Shown here: piece after piece, positions 30,315-39,907 of the stretch
How the letters are laid out: each line of letters begins with the position of its first letter
How positions within the stretch are numbered: the stretch's first letter is position 1
IMG/VR virus record: IMGVR_UViG_3300038505_000020
Span: 1 to 40,104 of that record
Length of the DNA: 40,104 bases
Source of the DNA: a virus
Direction: 5' to 3' (one strand)
Made by a program: the position numbers and the translations under genes
The notes under the pieces: generated by a model
Database searches by the model: none
Told to the model about the DNA's origin: nothing
What the model saw: the letters and a program-made list of their open reading frames with translations, nothing else

Positions 30315-30647
30315 TTATTCATTTATATTTTCAAGTTTATTTTTTATTTCCTTCTGTATCCTAATAGTTTCTTCAAGGATTTCTTCGTAATCGTCAAAAT
30401 TCATATCCAATAAATTATTGTATGTTATCCCTCCATTTGTAATATCAAAAATGGAAAAAATTTCTTTATGAAATATTTTTTTGTTAAAGTCAATAAATTG
30501 TAAACCATGACCAACAATCTCCAAAAAATTTCCTGCTTTGCTCCAAGCTACATTGCCTAGCTCATCTCTGCAATGCAGCTCAGAGCGTAAACGAAAAAAC
30601 CCGTAAAATCTATTGCTTGCTTCCATTGTTTTCCACAATTGCTGCAA
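30315..30647 (-). CDS. Minus-1-frame extension of the tail assembly chaperone (GT-like part).
   Basis: The ORF overlaps the 3' end of 30557..31330 in the -1 frame and has no RBS of its own. A shift at 30602..30596 would give a fusion protein of about 338 aa. Confidence 0.55.
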   Translation of the reverse strand: MQQLWKTMEASNRFYGFFRLRSELHCRDELGNVAWSKAGNFLEIVGHGLQFIDFNKKIFHKEIFSIFDITNGGITYNNLLDMNFDDYEEILEETIRIQKEIKNKLENINE

Positions 30648-31330
30648 GAAATTTCTTTATACAAATTATAACCAAATTTACGAAATAATTTTTGTAATCT
30701 AATTGAATCACTGTAATTTTCAAAATTAAATAATTCTGCTCTATATCTATTTTTTATATTAGTTGAAGAAATACTTGGATTTTCACTGTAGAAAGAAATT
30801 TCTTCCAAACATTTAAAAAATACATCATTTAACATTTGCTTAGTAGATTTCTTTTCTTTCGATACTTCAATCATGTCCCCAATTGTAATATCTCTAAAGA
30901 ACATCTTATCAATAATTATTTCACTGTTTATTCTATGATTTATATCAAATTCATGTAAATAATTTTCTTCATCGCAATAATTTATTTTCAACTCTGAAAT
31001 ATCTATTCTATTATCTATACCATTTTTTTCTTCAAAAATTATTTGACTGCCGCAACCTTGGCGTGGACAAATGTAAACACTCTCTACTTTTGTAGGAAGT
31101 CCAAATTTTTTAAAGCTTTCTACTATAAGAAACTCAACGTTTACGAGTGGGAAATTTTTTATTTCCGAAATAGATGGCTTCTTTCCATCAATAGTAATGC
31201 AACCAAGAAGGAACGATTGCATTGCGTTAAATATATTTCCATTTTTCGCTTCATCGTAAACGTCAAGTACTGTATTTGTAGAAATTTTTTTTACTTCAAT
31301 TTCTCTATCGAATGGAATTGGTAGAATCAT
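30557..31330 (-). CDS. Tail assembly chaperone (G-like, zero frame).
   Basis: 257 aa, between the tube and tape-measure genes. It contains Cys pairs (CPRQGCGS, CSNCGKQ). Near its end it carries a GGGTTTT slippery heptamer that leads into the overlapping ORF. Confidence 0.55.
   Translation of the reverse strand: MILPIPFDREIEVKKISTNTVLDVYDEAKNGNIFNAMQSFLLGCITIDGKKPSISEIKNFPLVNVEFLIVESFKKFGLPTKVESVYICPRQGCGSQIIFEEKNGIDNRIDISELKINYCDEENYLHEFDINHRINSEIIIDKMFFRDITIGDMIEVSKEKKSTKQMLNDVFFKCLEEISFYSENPSISSTNIKNRYRAELFNFENYSDSIRLQKLFRKFGYNLYKEISCSNCGKQWKQAIDFTGFFVYALSCIAEMS
30596..30602 (-). other. Programmed -1 ribosomal frameshift site, G_GGT_TTT.
   Basis: The zero frame reads ACG GGT TTT TTC. After a -1 slip, GGG TTT TTT CGT TTA... 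is the frame of ORF 30315..30647. Confidence 0.6.
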
Positions 31331-31755
31331 AGAAAGACCTTCTCATAACTGTATGGATATAGTGAGACTGTTAATATTGCTTTTTGAACTGAACCTTCAT
31401 CAAAAGCTGGCTCTATTAAATTACCTAATTCGCAATCGCCAAAAACAGAACGATGTTTTGCGTTAAGTATTTCGCCTGACGCATCTGTGAAGTACATTAC
31501 AACGTCTCTAGCAAATGACCCACTTTTGAACCAGTCAAAAAAATATTTCAAAGTTGGACTGTCTCTTTTAACTAAGTAACTTAAGTCCAATTGTTTTATT
31601 TTTTTGTTACTTGATTGAATTAGTCTAGTATATCCATTTTCTGGAACTTCAATTGGGGGATTCTCAATTCCTGTTTCTGATACAGTTAACAATCCGCCGA
31701 TTTGCTCTCCATTAATTAATACAATTCTTCTATCACTTATTGCTTGTCTTTGCAT
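31327..31755 (-). CDS. Tail tube protein.
   Basis: 142 aa, immediately downstream of the sheath gene. Its size is typical of contractile-tail tube proteins. Confidence 0.55.
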   Translation of the reverse strand: MQRQAISDRRIVLINGEQIGGLLTVSETGIENPPIEVPENGYTRLIQSSNKKIKQLDLSYLVKRDSPTLKYFFDWFKSGSFARDVVMYFTDASGEILNAKHRSVFGDCELGNLIEPAFDEGSVQKAILTVSLYPYSYEKVFL

Positions 31756-31811
31756 AAATTTATTTCCTCCTACAATAATTTATTTACTTCAATAATTTAT
31801 TTCATAATTTT

Positions 31812-33578
31812 TTATAATGGTATCACTACACCAACACCGATTGCTAAGCTTGTCAATGGAGCTGGAGGGAAGAACCGAACAAAAATATTACCTTCTCCAA
31901 TTGCAAGCTGTGAGTTAGTGTTATTGAATTGGTCAGCTTGCACAATGAAGACATCTTCAAATGTACTAACCGAACCATCCGATTTAAAAAATTGACCAAA
32001 CGCACCATTGCTATCAATCCCAAAAGGAAATGAACCGTCATATAATTTCTTTCCGAAATCTTTTATTGAATCCGCATAAGTTTTTAGTAATGAAAGTTTA
32101 TTTGGTCTATTTTCTACTTTATATAATGATTCAACAGAAGAAATTTTTATAAAATTTTGCATCACTAAATAATTTATAAACAAAGCTCCAGTATTTGTAC
32201 TTGGAGTATAAGCACTTCTATTGATTAATCCTCTGCCTTGTATGTACTGAACTATATTTACTCCAGCTTGACATATATCAGTACGATCATCTTCGCTGAA
32301 TTCATCTTCAGTAGTTTTTTCTGAAAGAAATCCCAAAATTGGTAGATCATCTCCAGCAGGAACACGATGAAAACCAAATGAATAAAATGAACGAACAAAT
32401 AATCCAGCAATTGCACCGCATACTGGAATACTTAAGCTTGGATTTGAACCAACTCCGATTGGGTCAAAAACTTTTCGATAGGAACTTACAATAATTCCTT
32501 GAACTTGATTACTTCTTTGGTAGAAATTTCCAAGAGAAATTAATTGCTCTTTGGAAAGATTTTTCTGAATGTGATAAATCCAGATGGGAGTATCAAGTCT
32601 ACTTTGGCAATAATTTTCTCCAAAGACATTAACTTCTTTCTCATTACTTTCAGAATTGAATAAAAATCTTACATTTGTATTATCAAAGCTAGTCAATAAA
32701 TTATTCCAATCTGCAATTGTAGGAGAACCTCCATCGGAACCATTTTCTAAAAAATTTATTTCTGTAGTGTCTTCTGGAAAAGAACTATATAAAGTACTTG
32801 AACTATTTAAATCTTCTATATCTAAGTACGGATGATTTTCAAAAACTTTTTGACAATAGAACTCGGTATTCTCTGGCTCCATTGTAATCCAAACATCATT
32901 TTCAGGAATATTTAACTTAATAGGAATTCCATTTCTATTTTTTCGATATGTTACAACTTTAAAGCCTTTGACGTTTACAATTGTATCAATTGCGACGCTA
33001 CTAGATAATGCAGTAATAGTACATTTTTTATTTCCTTCATCAATGGAAATAACTTTCACAAATTGAGTACCGATTTCGAGAACGTCACCTGTGCGAACAC
33101 CAATAACGCTTTGTAAAGAAATTTCTGTATCTCCAGTACTTGCAGCTGCAGTAGTTTTTGTTGTAAATCTATTTCCTTTTTCTATTGTAAATCCTGTTTT
33201 ATTTCCATCTAATGATTTGTCAGAAATTTTTTTATAACATGCTTTAATTTTTATAGTGTTATTGTTGTTTGCGTCTTTTACATTCTTATATGATTGAACT
33301 GCAGTAGATGAGACGAATGGTCTAACAATTACTTTACAACTATTTCCATTCAAGTTGGAAAAAATTGACTCAAGGACATATCTACCAAGATAGCCTTCTT
33401 TGTAATCTCCAAGTTTTACATCAATCTCTGAAACTTGATTTATCTCAATTGTTTGATCAATTCCTCTTGAGAACCTTCCAACCATCCCAACTATGTTAAA
33501 TTGTGCAGGCTGTACTACATTTCCTACTTGTGGGGGTAAGTTATATCCAAAAACTCCTTGTCTTCTTAATGTTGTCAT
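31812..33578 (-). CDS. Contractile tail sheath protein.
   Basis: 588 aa. PVCGAIAGLFVRSFYSFGFHRVPAGDDLPILG ... DICQAGVNIVQYIQGRGLINRSAYT matches the conserved sheath C-terminal domain pattern. Confidence 0.75.
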   Translation of the reverse strand: MTTLRRQGVFGYNLPPQVGNVVQPAQFNIVGMVGRFSRGIDQTIEINQVSEIDVKLGDYKEGYLGRYVLESIFSNLNGNSCKVIVRPFVSSTAVQSYKNVKDANNNNTIKIKACYKKISDKSLDGNKTGFTIEKGNRFTTKTTAAASTGDTEISLQSVIGVRTGDVLEIGTQFVKVISIDEGNKKCTITALSSSVAIDTIVNVKGFKVVTYRKNRNGIPIKLNIPENDVWITMEPENTEFYCQKVFENHPYLDIEDLNSSSTLYSSFPEDTTEINFLENGSDGGSPTIADWNNLLTSFDNTNVRFLFNSESNEKEVNVFGENYCQSRLDTPIWIYHIQKNLSKEQLISLGNFYQRSNQVQGIIVSSYRKVFDPIGVGSNPSLSIPVCGAIAGLFVRSFYSFGFHRVPAGDDLPILGFLSEKTTEDEFSEDDRTDICQAGVNIVQYIQGRGLINRSAYTPSTNTGALFINYLVMQNFIKISSVESLYKVENRPNKLSLLKTYADSIKDFGKKLYDGSFPFGIDSNGAFGQFFKSDGSVSTFEDVFIVQADQFNNTNSQLAIGEGNIFVRFFPPAPLTSLAIGVGVVIPL

Positions 33579-33597
33579 AAAATTATTTCCTCCTTAA

Positions 33598-34761
33598 TTA
33601 AATTATTGACTCAGTTAATAAATTAATTTCCAAATTTTGCTTGTCTACAATTTCGCTTTCAAATGTTTCTTCCGTATAAATAATTTCTAAACTTAAATTA
33701 GCTTTTGAATAAAAAAAACTTTCATTGCTGAAATCAATTACATTTATTTGCTTATCTGTTATCTCGCATTTATTCCCATTAACCCAAATAATGCTTTTTA
33801 AATTTATAAATTTTTTTAATAAATTTATTACAATTTGAGAAGTAAAATTTTTTCTCCAAACTCCTTCTATAATTAGATCATACTTGAATGTATTACCAGT
33901 TTTTACAAATCTAACAGACTCTATATCAGGAGAAATTGAATCTAACTCAAATGATAGATTCTCATAACCAACCCTCTCAATCGTACAATTGTTTGAAATT
34001 GAAATGCCAGGAATTGAAGACTCGATGTCTACAGGATTGAAGTAAACAGGAATATGGACAAAAATTTCTTGATTTGTATAATTATTTAAAATAGTTTCTC
34101 CATTAAATGTTTGTAAAAAAGTTATTTTATTTCCCAATATATTATTTATTTGATGAATTTCATTCCCTATTTTCACGCATAAATATTTTTCCAAATGCTT
34201 TGGATTTGAGACAATAATTTCTTTACTTCCAGCTTGACATGTAACAAACCCAATTGATGAATCTTTATTGTATTCATTCAATGATTCAATTTCATTTTTT
34301 ATTCCATAGACCAAATCAAAAAGTCCCTTATCCTCATAACAAATAATTTCCGAAATAAAAAATTGAATATATTTATCCGCAATTATTTTTATCTTTGATA
34401 AATTATTTATATTCTTTAACTTAAATGTTATTGGCTCAAAATTCTTAGTTACTGGAACAACGAATTCTTCAAAAATAAATCCATCGAAAAATAATATTCT
34501 TAAATAAATGTCATTCACACTTTTTATTGAATTTTTATAATTATCTATTTTTGCAATTGCGTTGAATCTAATTTGCTTATATTTTAATGCAATTGTTGGA
34601 GAAAAAACTTTCTCAATGAAGCTATTTTTATTCATTGTAACAAGGAATTGCTTATCCAAATTTGATGCAGAAAATTCTTTCCAATCAGTTAATGTGATGT
34701 TTGCTCCAGAAGAAGAAGTCCATCCTGAAAGAGAAGTAAGATTATCAATAACTTGTTTCAT
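33598..34761 (-). CDS. Structural protein of unknown role, between the tail-completion and sheath genes.
   Basis: 387-aa ORF. Its 4-nt overlap with the upstream gene suggests co-translation with the virion module. Confidence 0.4.
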   Translation of the reverse strand: MKQVIDNLTSLSGWTSSSGANITLTDWKEFSASNLDKQFLVTMNKNSFIEKVFSPTIALKYKQIRFNAIAKIDNYKNSIKSVNDIYLRILFFDGFIFEEFVVPVTKNFEPITFKLKNINNLSKIKIIADKYIQFFISEIICYEDKGLFDLVYGIKNEIESLNEYNKDSSIGFVTCQAGSKEIIVSNPKHLEKYLCVKIGNEIHQINNILGNKITFLQTFNGETILNNYTNQEIFVHIPVYFNPVDIESSIPGISISNNCTIERVGYENLSFELDSISPDIESVRFVKTGNTFKYDLIIEGVWRKNFTSQIVINLLKKFINLKSIIWVNGNKCEITDKQINVIDFSNESFFYSKANLSLEIIYTEETFESEIVDKQNLEINLLTESII

Positions 34762-35315
34762 TTCTCACCAAATTTTTTACTTATGTCAATAATTTTATTC
34801 TTGTTATCTTTTATGAATTCCCTAATATTGTTTACTATATCTTTGTTTATCTTTTCTTTCATTTCGCTTTTTAAATACCTTTGTTTACCTCTTCTTAACG
34901 GTAAACGTGGAGGTATTCTAACAGTAATATTTTTTCCAAAAGCATTTTTTACAATTGCTCCAAATTCATGGACTGCCCAAATTAATTTTTGACTTTCTCC
35001 GCTGTAATGATTACCGACTGGAGTTAAAAAAAATTTTTTTCCTTTGTTAATAATTTTTAGACCGTTAATCATTGAATTATCGACAGATAAGCCCCATCCA
35101 ATCAAAGGAGTTTTTATTCTCGGCTTTCCTTGTCTTTTTTTTGTCTCTATCGTCTTTGGCTTAAGTGGAGGACTTACAAGATTTGCTTTTAGCAGTCCAT
35201 CTACAATTGTTTTTTTTAGATTAATCAAATGAGTTTTTGAAGCTTGTATTTTTAATTCTTGAACAAATTTTGGAAAGTATCTAAGCCTTTGTGCAATTGA
35301 ACGTAAATTCTTCAT
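34758..35315 (-). CDS. Tail completion / neck protein (HK97 gp10-like or Mu G-like).
   Basis: 185 aa. LKPKTIETKKRQG...LIGWGLSVDNSM...LIWAVHEFGA...IPPRLPL fits the pattern (T...K.......L..tG.l..s......a..hefG....iP.Rpfl). Confidence 0.45.
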   Translation of the reverse strand: MKNLRSIAQRLRYFPKFVQELKIQASKTHLINLKKTIVDGLLKANLVSPPLKPKTIETKKRQGKPRIKTPLIGWGLSVDNSMINGLKIINKGKKFFLTPVGNHYSGESQKLIWAVHEFGAIVKNAFGKNITVRIPPRLPLRRGKQRYLKSEMKEKINKDIVNNIREFIKDNKNKIIDISKKFGEK

Positions 35316-35716
35316 GCTTTATTTACCCCCAAAACCACGTAAAGAAATTTATTTCCAAATTGTGAATAATAATTTTTTTCTTTTATATTGTAAGAAATGT
35401 TATCATAAATTAATTTCCATCTTATAACATCTATTTCTCCAACTTTTGAAATAGCCTCTTCAAAATCAGTAGAAGAGAAATAAAAAATTGCGTCAACTTG
35501 CTCTCTAATCCCTGTAGATTCAAGAATTTTTTGAGTTGGAGAAAATCTAATTGGAAAGCTTTTTATCTTAATCTCAATATTTGAATTAGAGTAAGAAATG
35601 TTATTAAAGTTATCTCTATCTAAGTTACTTTCAGGAATTTTAAGTAAACTAACATAATCGCCATATGCGTTTACAATTGTTTTTACATTCTGCAAAGCAG
35701 ATAAGCTAGTTACCAT
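35312..35716 (-). CDS. Head closure / head-tail joining protein.
   Basis: 134 aa. The call rests on position in the connector gene series and on overlapping start/stop codons. Confidence 0.35.
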   Translation of the reverse strand: MVTSLSALQNVKTIVNAYGDYVSLLKIPESNLDRDNFNNISYSNSNIEIKIKSFPIRFSPTQKILESTGIREQVDAIFYFSSTDFEEAISKVGEIDVIRWKLIYDNISYNIKEKNYYSQFGNKFLYVVLGVNKA

Positions 35717-36573
35717 CCAACAACTCCTGTAATATATTTTTTTAGTAAATTTTTTGCTTTGCGAAATAAATCTTTTCTTATCTCTGTATATTTTCCTTCT
35801 GCCCCAAATGACTGTGAATAGCCTTCAACGGATAGAGAAGAACCACCGCCTTCAATTCCAACTTGATAACTCAATAAATTATATACCGATAAATAAATTA
35901 TAGCAAGTTTTAAATCAATTGGAATCTCGTTTATGCTGTTATATCCGCAAGTGTATTTTACTTTTATATTATTTTTCCCGATTGGAAATAAATAATTTTT
36001 TCCAACTAATTTAACTACATCAAATTTAGTCAAAAAATATTTACTTGAATCTATGATTTGATTGTTTGTCAAAAAATTACTATCACTTGAAAATGATACT
36101 TCCACTATATCTATAACATTCTTTCTATCTAATAATATCTCATTTGTCCCTTGCCCTGAATGATATTCAATAATTTCTGTAATTGAACTTATAGAATATC
36201 CAAGCAAGCTCTCAATATAACTTATTGATTGATTTATTGAATTACTGAATAGGTCATATTCAATCTCTACAATTGTAGCATTCCCGAAATCCTGGAGAAC
36301 ATCCGCATTACTAAAATCAAATTGAATCTTACAAGAAGGAGGAGAAATTATTTTAGTAAAATTATTTACTTTGTGAAATCCAGATATAACACCTGAATCA
36401 ATGTATACGTAACAATTGTTATGTATTATTTGAGGTATGTTTTGAATAGTTACTTCCGTAACACTTGAACTTACTTGATTTACAGAAATTATTTCATGAG
36501 TTGATAATTTTTTAACAAATGGCAAATTAAAAGAATTTATATAGTTTAAAATACTTTCTTCTATACTTGCCAT
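35710..36573 (-). CDS. Head-tail connector/adaptor protein.
   Basis: 287 aa. The C-terminal IPIDLKLAIIYLSVYNLLSYQVG...VEGYSQSF resembles gp6/gp15-type adaptors. Confidence 0.4.
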   Translation of the reverse strand: MASIEESILNYINSFNLPFVKKLSTHEIISVNQVSSSVTEVTIQNIPQIIHNNCYVYIDSGVISGFHKVNNFTKIISPPSCKIQFDFSNADVLQDFGNATIVEIEYDLFSNSINQSISYIESLLGYSISSITEIIEYHSGQGTNEILLDRKNVIDIVEVSFSSDSNFLTNNQIIDSSKYFLTKFDVVKLVGKNYLFPIGKNNIKVKYTCGYNSINEIPIDLKLAIIYLSVYNLLSYQVGIEGGGSSLSVEGYSQSFGAEGKYTEIRKDLFRKAKNLLKKYITGVVGW

Positions 36574-36593
36574 TTGTTAACCTCATTATCTTA

Positions 36594-36827
36594 TCAATTT
36601 TTTTCTACAACCTTCCAGCCCTCTTTAAGTAGTAAATAAATTATTTTTTCATCACTTGTGCAAACAGTATTTGAAGTTATATCCAAAGAATCCTCTTTGC
36701 CATCCTTGTAAAAAAATAATTTACCATCTTGAACATTAAAGGGACTTTCCAAAAATTTCCCGAGATTATTTTTACCACTGGAAATTTTTTCTTTATCATT
36801 GGAAATATTTTTTTGCGTACTACTCAA
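36594..36827 (-). CDS. Small head-associated protein.
   Basis: 77-aa ORF that overlaps the capsid gene stop by 8 nt. Confidence 0.35.
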   Translation of the reverse strand: MSSTQKNISNDKEKISSGKNNLGKFLESPFNVQDGKLFFYKDGKEDSLDITSNTVCTSDEKIIYLLLKEGWKVVEKN

Positions 36828-38205
36828 CTCTCAACCCCCTATACCACACAGAAGTCTTCTCATATGCTGGAACAATTGCTCCATAAGTTTTCACAAGAAA
36901 TTCTTCTTTATCGTCTGTTTGTGCTAGTGGCTGAATGGAGATAAGTCCATCAACTCTATTTCCAGTACTGTGAACATAAGCAAACTTTCCTAGCCCTTCA
37001 TACTTGTGAGTATCAATCAATAAAATATTTTCTGGATTTACCCCAGAGACTTGCAAAGCAGGAATTTCACTTTGCTTATTCGTTGGGACTTCACTTCCTG
37101 GAGTTAAAGAAGTAACCTCAAAGCTGGTTACTCGTCCAGAGATTGTACCAGCAGAATCATAAGTATAAGCAGAGAATATTCTCTTCAATGTTACTGAAGT
37201 TGGACTATTACCTAAGTATAACTTATAGTAATATGCATTTGGCACATCAGTCCAGGAAATAATAAATTTTTGACTAGATCCACCACCAGATAACGTTATA
37301 TTGAATTGTGGACTTGGTATAGTTTCCCCAAATTGAGTAATAGCTACAAGTCTTCCGTAATACGTATCATCTGTTAAGTTACCCCCAGTTATAGAAGGAG
37401 AACCAGCAACAACAGTACCAACAGAATCAGCAGCAGTAACACCTCGACCGCCCATAAGAGTTGATTCCAATATTGGAATATCACGATATGTTAATAATCG
37501 CCAACCTCCAGAAATTTCTGTAGTTGCTAAAGCTCCAGGTCTGTTTTGAAACTGCGTAACATTTGTTAACCTTCTAGATACAAGAGACAACATTTCTGGA
37601 GTCATAACAAAATATCTCTCATGTCCTAGTCCACCATTTCGATTTGAAGCATCGATCATGTCGTCAAGAAATTTCAAATCTGTACCTGGCGGAGTAGATG
37701 GATTACCTCCTGAAAATCCATTCAAGATATTTGTCTCGATCAATGTATACCAGCCGTCAAAGTCATAAGCATTTGCATTTGCATTTCCAAAAACAATTGA
37801 GTTAATTAAATCCAAAGAATGAGCTCTTAAAGAATTTTCAAACTCAATCGCCTTGGCATCATATGCTGACTCTGAACTGTCTTGAAGGAATGAAGTTACC
37901 GCACCTTTTCTTCTAATAATTTTGAGGTTTACGCTAGCTCGTTGAAAGTTTGAACTTCTTGTATGAGTAACTGCATTCTCTCCAACTGGAGCTCCAATTT
38001 GTCCCAAGCTCAATAATTTATTGAATTCGTGAGTTTTAGATTCAACTTTTGTTGGCTTGATTATATTAATCTCTGGTGTTAGTCTTTGTACTGTATTAGT
38101 AATAATTTTTTCTAAATCTTGAGGTACTAAAGCACCACCAGAAGTGTTGCCTGACGTTAAAGCTTTTTGTAACTTTAATTTATTTAAGTCAAAAATTTTT
38201 TTCAT
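36820..38205 (-). CDS. Major capsid protein (HK97 fold) with an internal Fn3/Ig-like insertion.
   Basis: 461 aa. The N-terminal GGALVPQDLEKII and central FLQDSSE..., YFVMTPEM fit the HK97-type MCP family. Residues ~255-385 contain ISWTDVPNAYYYKLYLGNSP, an Fn3-like W..V..A..Y.vY motif. Confidence 0.7.
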   Translation of the reverse strand: MKKIFDLNKLKLQKALTSGNTSGGALVPQDLEKIITNTVQRLTPEINIIKPTKVESKTHEFNKLLSLGQIGAPVGENAVTHTRSSNFQRASVNLKIIRRKGAVTSFLQDSSESAYDAKAIEFENSLRAHSLDLINSIVFGNANANAYDFDGWYTLIETNILNGFSGGNPSTPPGTDLKFLDDMIDASNRNGGLGHERYFVMTPEMLSLVSRRLTNVTQFQNRPGALATTEISGGWRLLTYRDIPILESTLMGGRGVTAADSVGTVVAGSPSITGGNLTDDTYYGRLVAITQFGETIPSPQFNITLSGGGSSQKFIISWTDVPNAYYYKLYLGNSPTSVTLKRIFSAYTYDSAGTISGRVTSFEVTSLTPGSEVPTNKQSEIPALQVSGVNPENILLIDTHKYEGLGKFAYVHSTGNRVDGLISIQPLAQTDDKEEFLVKTYGAIVPAYEKTSVWYRGLRVE

Positions 38206-39851
38206 TGCATACCTCCAAAGATTGAAGAAATAAATTGAACTGAATTATCACTAACAGTACCAGTCAAGTTTTTATTGACTTTTTCACCATTTAAGATTTT
38301 TTGCACATCTTCCATCGTGTAACGTTGACCTAAGTTTGAATTAAAGCCTTTTTGAACTTGAACACTTGTTTGATTTTGAGTGTTTAAGTTTGTCAACATT
38401 TTTTTTAACTGCATAATTTCTTTCTTACTATTCGCAAGCTCTTTAGCTAGCAGAATAGATTTAGAAGAAAATTTTTTACTACTTTTTTCGTTACTTTGGT
38501 TTTTTGATTTATTTAATTTTACAATTGTTTTTGCAATATCTTGACTAAAGCCAAGTGACTTAAGCAGCTCTTCTTGTAATTCAGAGTCTTGCTCACTTAA
38601 CACTTCTTCAGTGTCAATGACACCGCTTTCGTCTGAATCAGCACTTTCTTCATCTGACTCAACGTCAAGAATGCTCTTAATTTCTTTCTCTTCTTCTTCA
38701 TCTTGTTTTTTTGCTTCTTCTTCTTCAATGTTTTCTTTCAAATCTTCAGACTTGGCAATAATTTGTTTTAAAGCTTTTATTCTTTTGATTTGATTTGATT
38801 TGATTAAAGAGAAAGAATTTTTTGACTTAGCTTCAGTAATTGAATTTGACACTTGCTCTAAAGCTGCAGCTTCTTGGTTTTCACTGTCAAGAATTTCTTG
38901 CAACATGTTAATAATTTCTTGAATTTTTTCCTTCATTGTTTTATTGTCCTCCGTTATATTACTTGATACATCTTGAGAACCTTGCAACTGCTCTTCAGTT
39001 GTAGGGGAATCCAATTGCAATGTACCAACATCAATTAGATTTTCCAATAGCTCATCTTCATCCTCAGAAATAACTTCTTTCGGATATAAAAAATTAATTT
39101 CCTTGAATAAATTAATTTTTTTTTCCACATATGAACTATAAGCCGCACGTAAAAATGATTCCTTTTGCACAATATCCATAGTCTCATTTGTAAGGATTTC
39201 ATCTTCTGCTTTGGACATTGCATTTTCAATTTCTTCTAAGTTTTCAATAAAATCTTTATTTCTAAGCTTTTCCGCAGTAATTTGTTTCTCGAAATAATTT
39301 ATTTCATTTTTTCGGAAACTTTTTTCTATTGCTTGCACGATTGAAGGAGTGTAAGCTGGCTTGCTTACTAATGAGACGCCTGGGTCTAACTCTATGTAGT
39401 CAATAATTCTTCCACTTGAAGTGAAAGAAATTTTTTCCTCAGGGACAAATCCCTCAACTGAAAACCCAAACTCTTTTGGATTCTTGTAAGGAGGGAGACC
39501 ATTTGCTTGAAGCCAAACTTTGTTTGCTTCTTCATTATCGAACAATTCAAATTCTGCGTATAAGTCCCCATTACTTAATTTTTGTATAGACCTTAAAATT
39601 CCGATATCATTTGTAAAATCTTTACCATGGTTAACGTAAAGCAAAATATCTTTTGTTTTGGATTGCTCTATCATGCCGTTGATAGCATTCTCACTCATTC
39701 TATCGCCATGAGCATCAACTTGCTGTCCCGAAATTACCCCGCAAAGAAATTTCTTTCCTTTGTCAATTTTTGTATACTTCTGGTTTTTTTGAACTGGCTG
39801 CCTTGTCTCGGGACTAGCAATTGTAAAAATAAATTTTATTTTACTATTCAT
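38202..39851 (-). CDS. Prohead protease fused to an acidic scaffolding domain.
   Basis: 549 aa. The N-terminal ~180 aa (GVISGQQVDAHGDRMSE...LLYVNHGKD..IG) is like the HK97 prohead protease. The rest is an acidic coiled coil (EEEEAKKQDEEEEKE, ESDEESADSDESG). It lies between terL and the capsid gene. Confidence 0.6.
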   Translation of the reverse strand: MNSKIKFIFTIASPETRQPVQKNQKYTKIDKGKKFLCGVISGQQVDAHGDRMSENAINGMIEQSKTKDILLYVNHGKDFTNDIGILRSIQKLSNGDLYAEFELFDNEEANKVWLQANGLPPYKNPKEFGFSVEGFVPEEKISFTSSGRIIDYIELDPGVSLVSKPAYTPSIVQAIEKSFRKNEINYFEKQITAEKLRNKDFIENLEEIENAMSKAEDEILTNETMDIVQKESFLRAAYSSYVEKKINLFKEINFLYPKEVISEDEDELLENLIDVGTLQLDSPTTEEQLQGSQDVSSNITEDNKTMKEKIQEIINMLQEILDSENQEAAALEQVSNSITEAKSKNSFSLIKSNQIKRIKALKQIIAKSEDLKENIEEEEAKKQDEEEEKEIKSILDVESDEESADSDESGVIDTEEVLSEQDSELQEELLKSLGFSQDIAKTIVKLNKSKNQSNEKSSKKFSSKSILLAKELANSKKEIMQLKKMLTNLNTQNQTSVQVQKGFNSNLGQRYTMEDVQKILNGEKVNKNLTGTVSDNSVQFISSIFGGMQ

Positions 39852-39907
39852 AATACAAATTTAACTAGTTAACGGATGGTTAGTATTTGTCAAGAAATTT
39901 TTTTTTC

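Noticed and set aside
39852-39907. TTGACA plus the 12-bp palindrome TTAACTAGTTAA between terL and the protease gene, considered as a promoter/operator.
   Set aside because: No acceptable -10 hexamer lies 16-19 bp from the TTGACA. The palindrome may simply be an all-frame stop/spacer element. I note it but do not call it.
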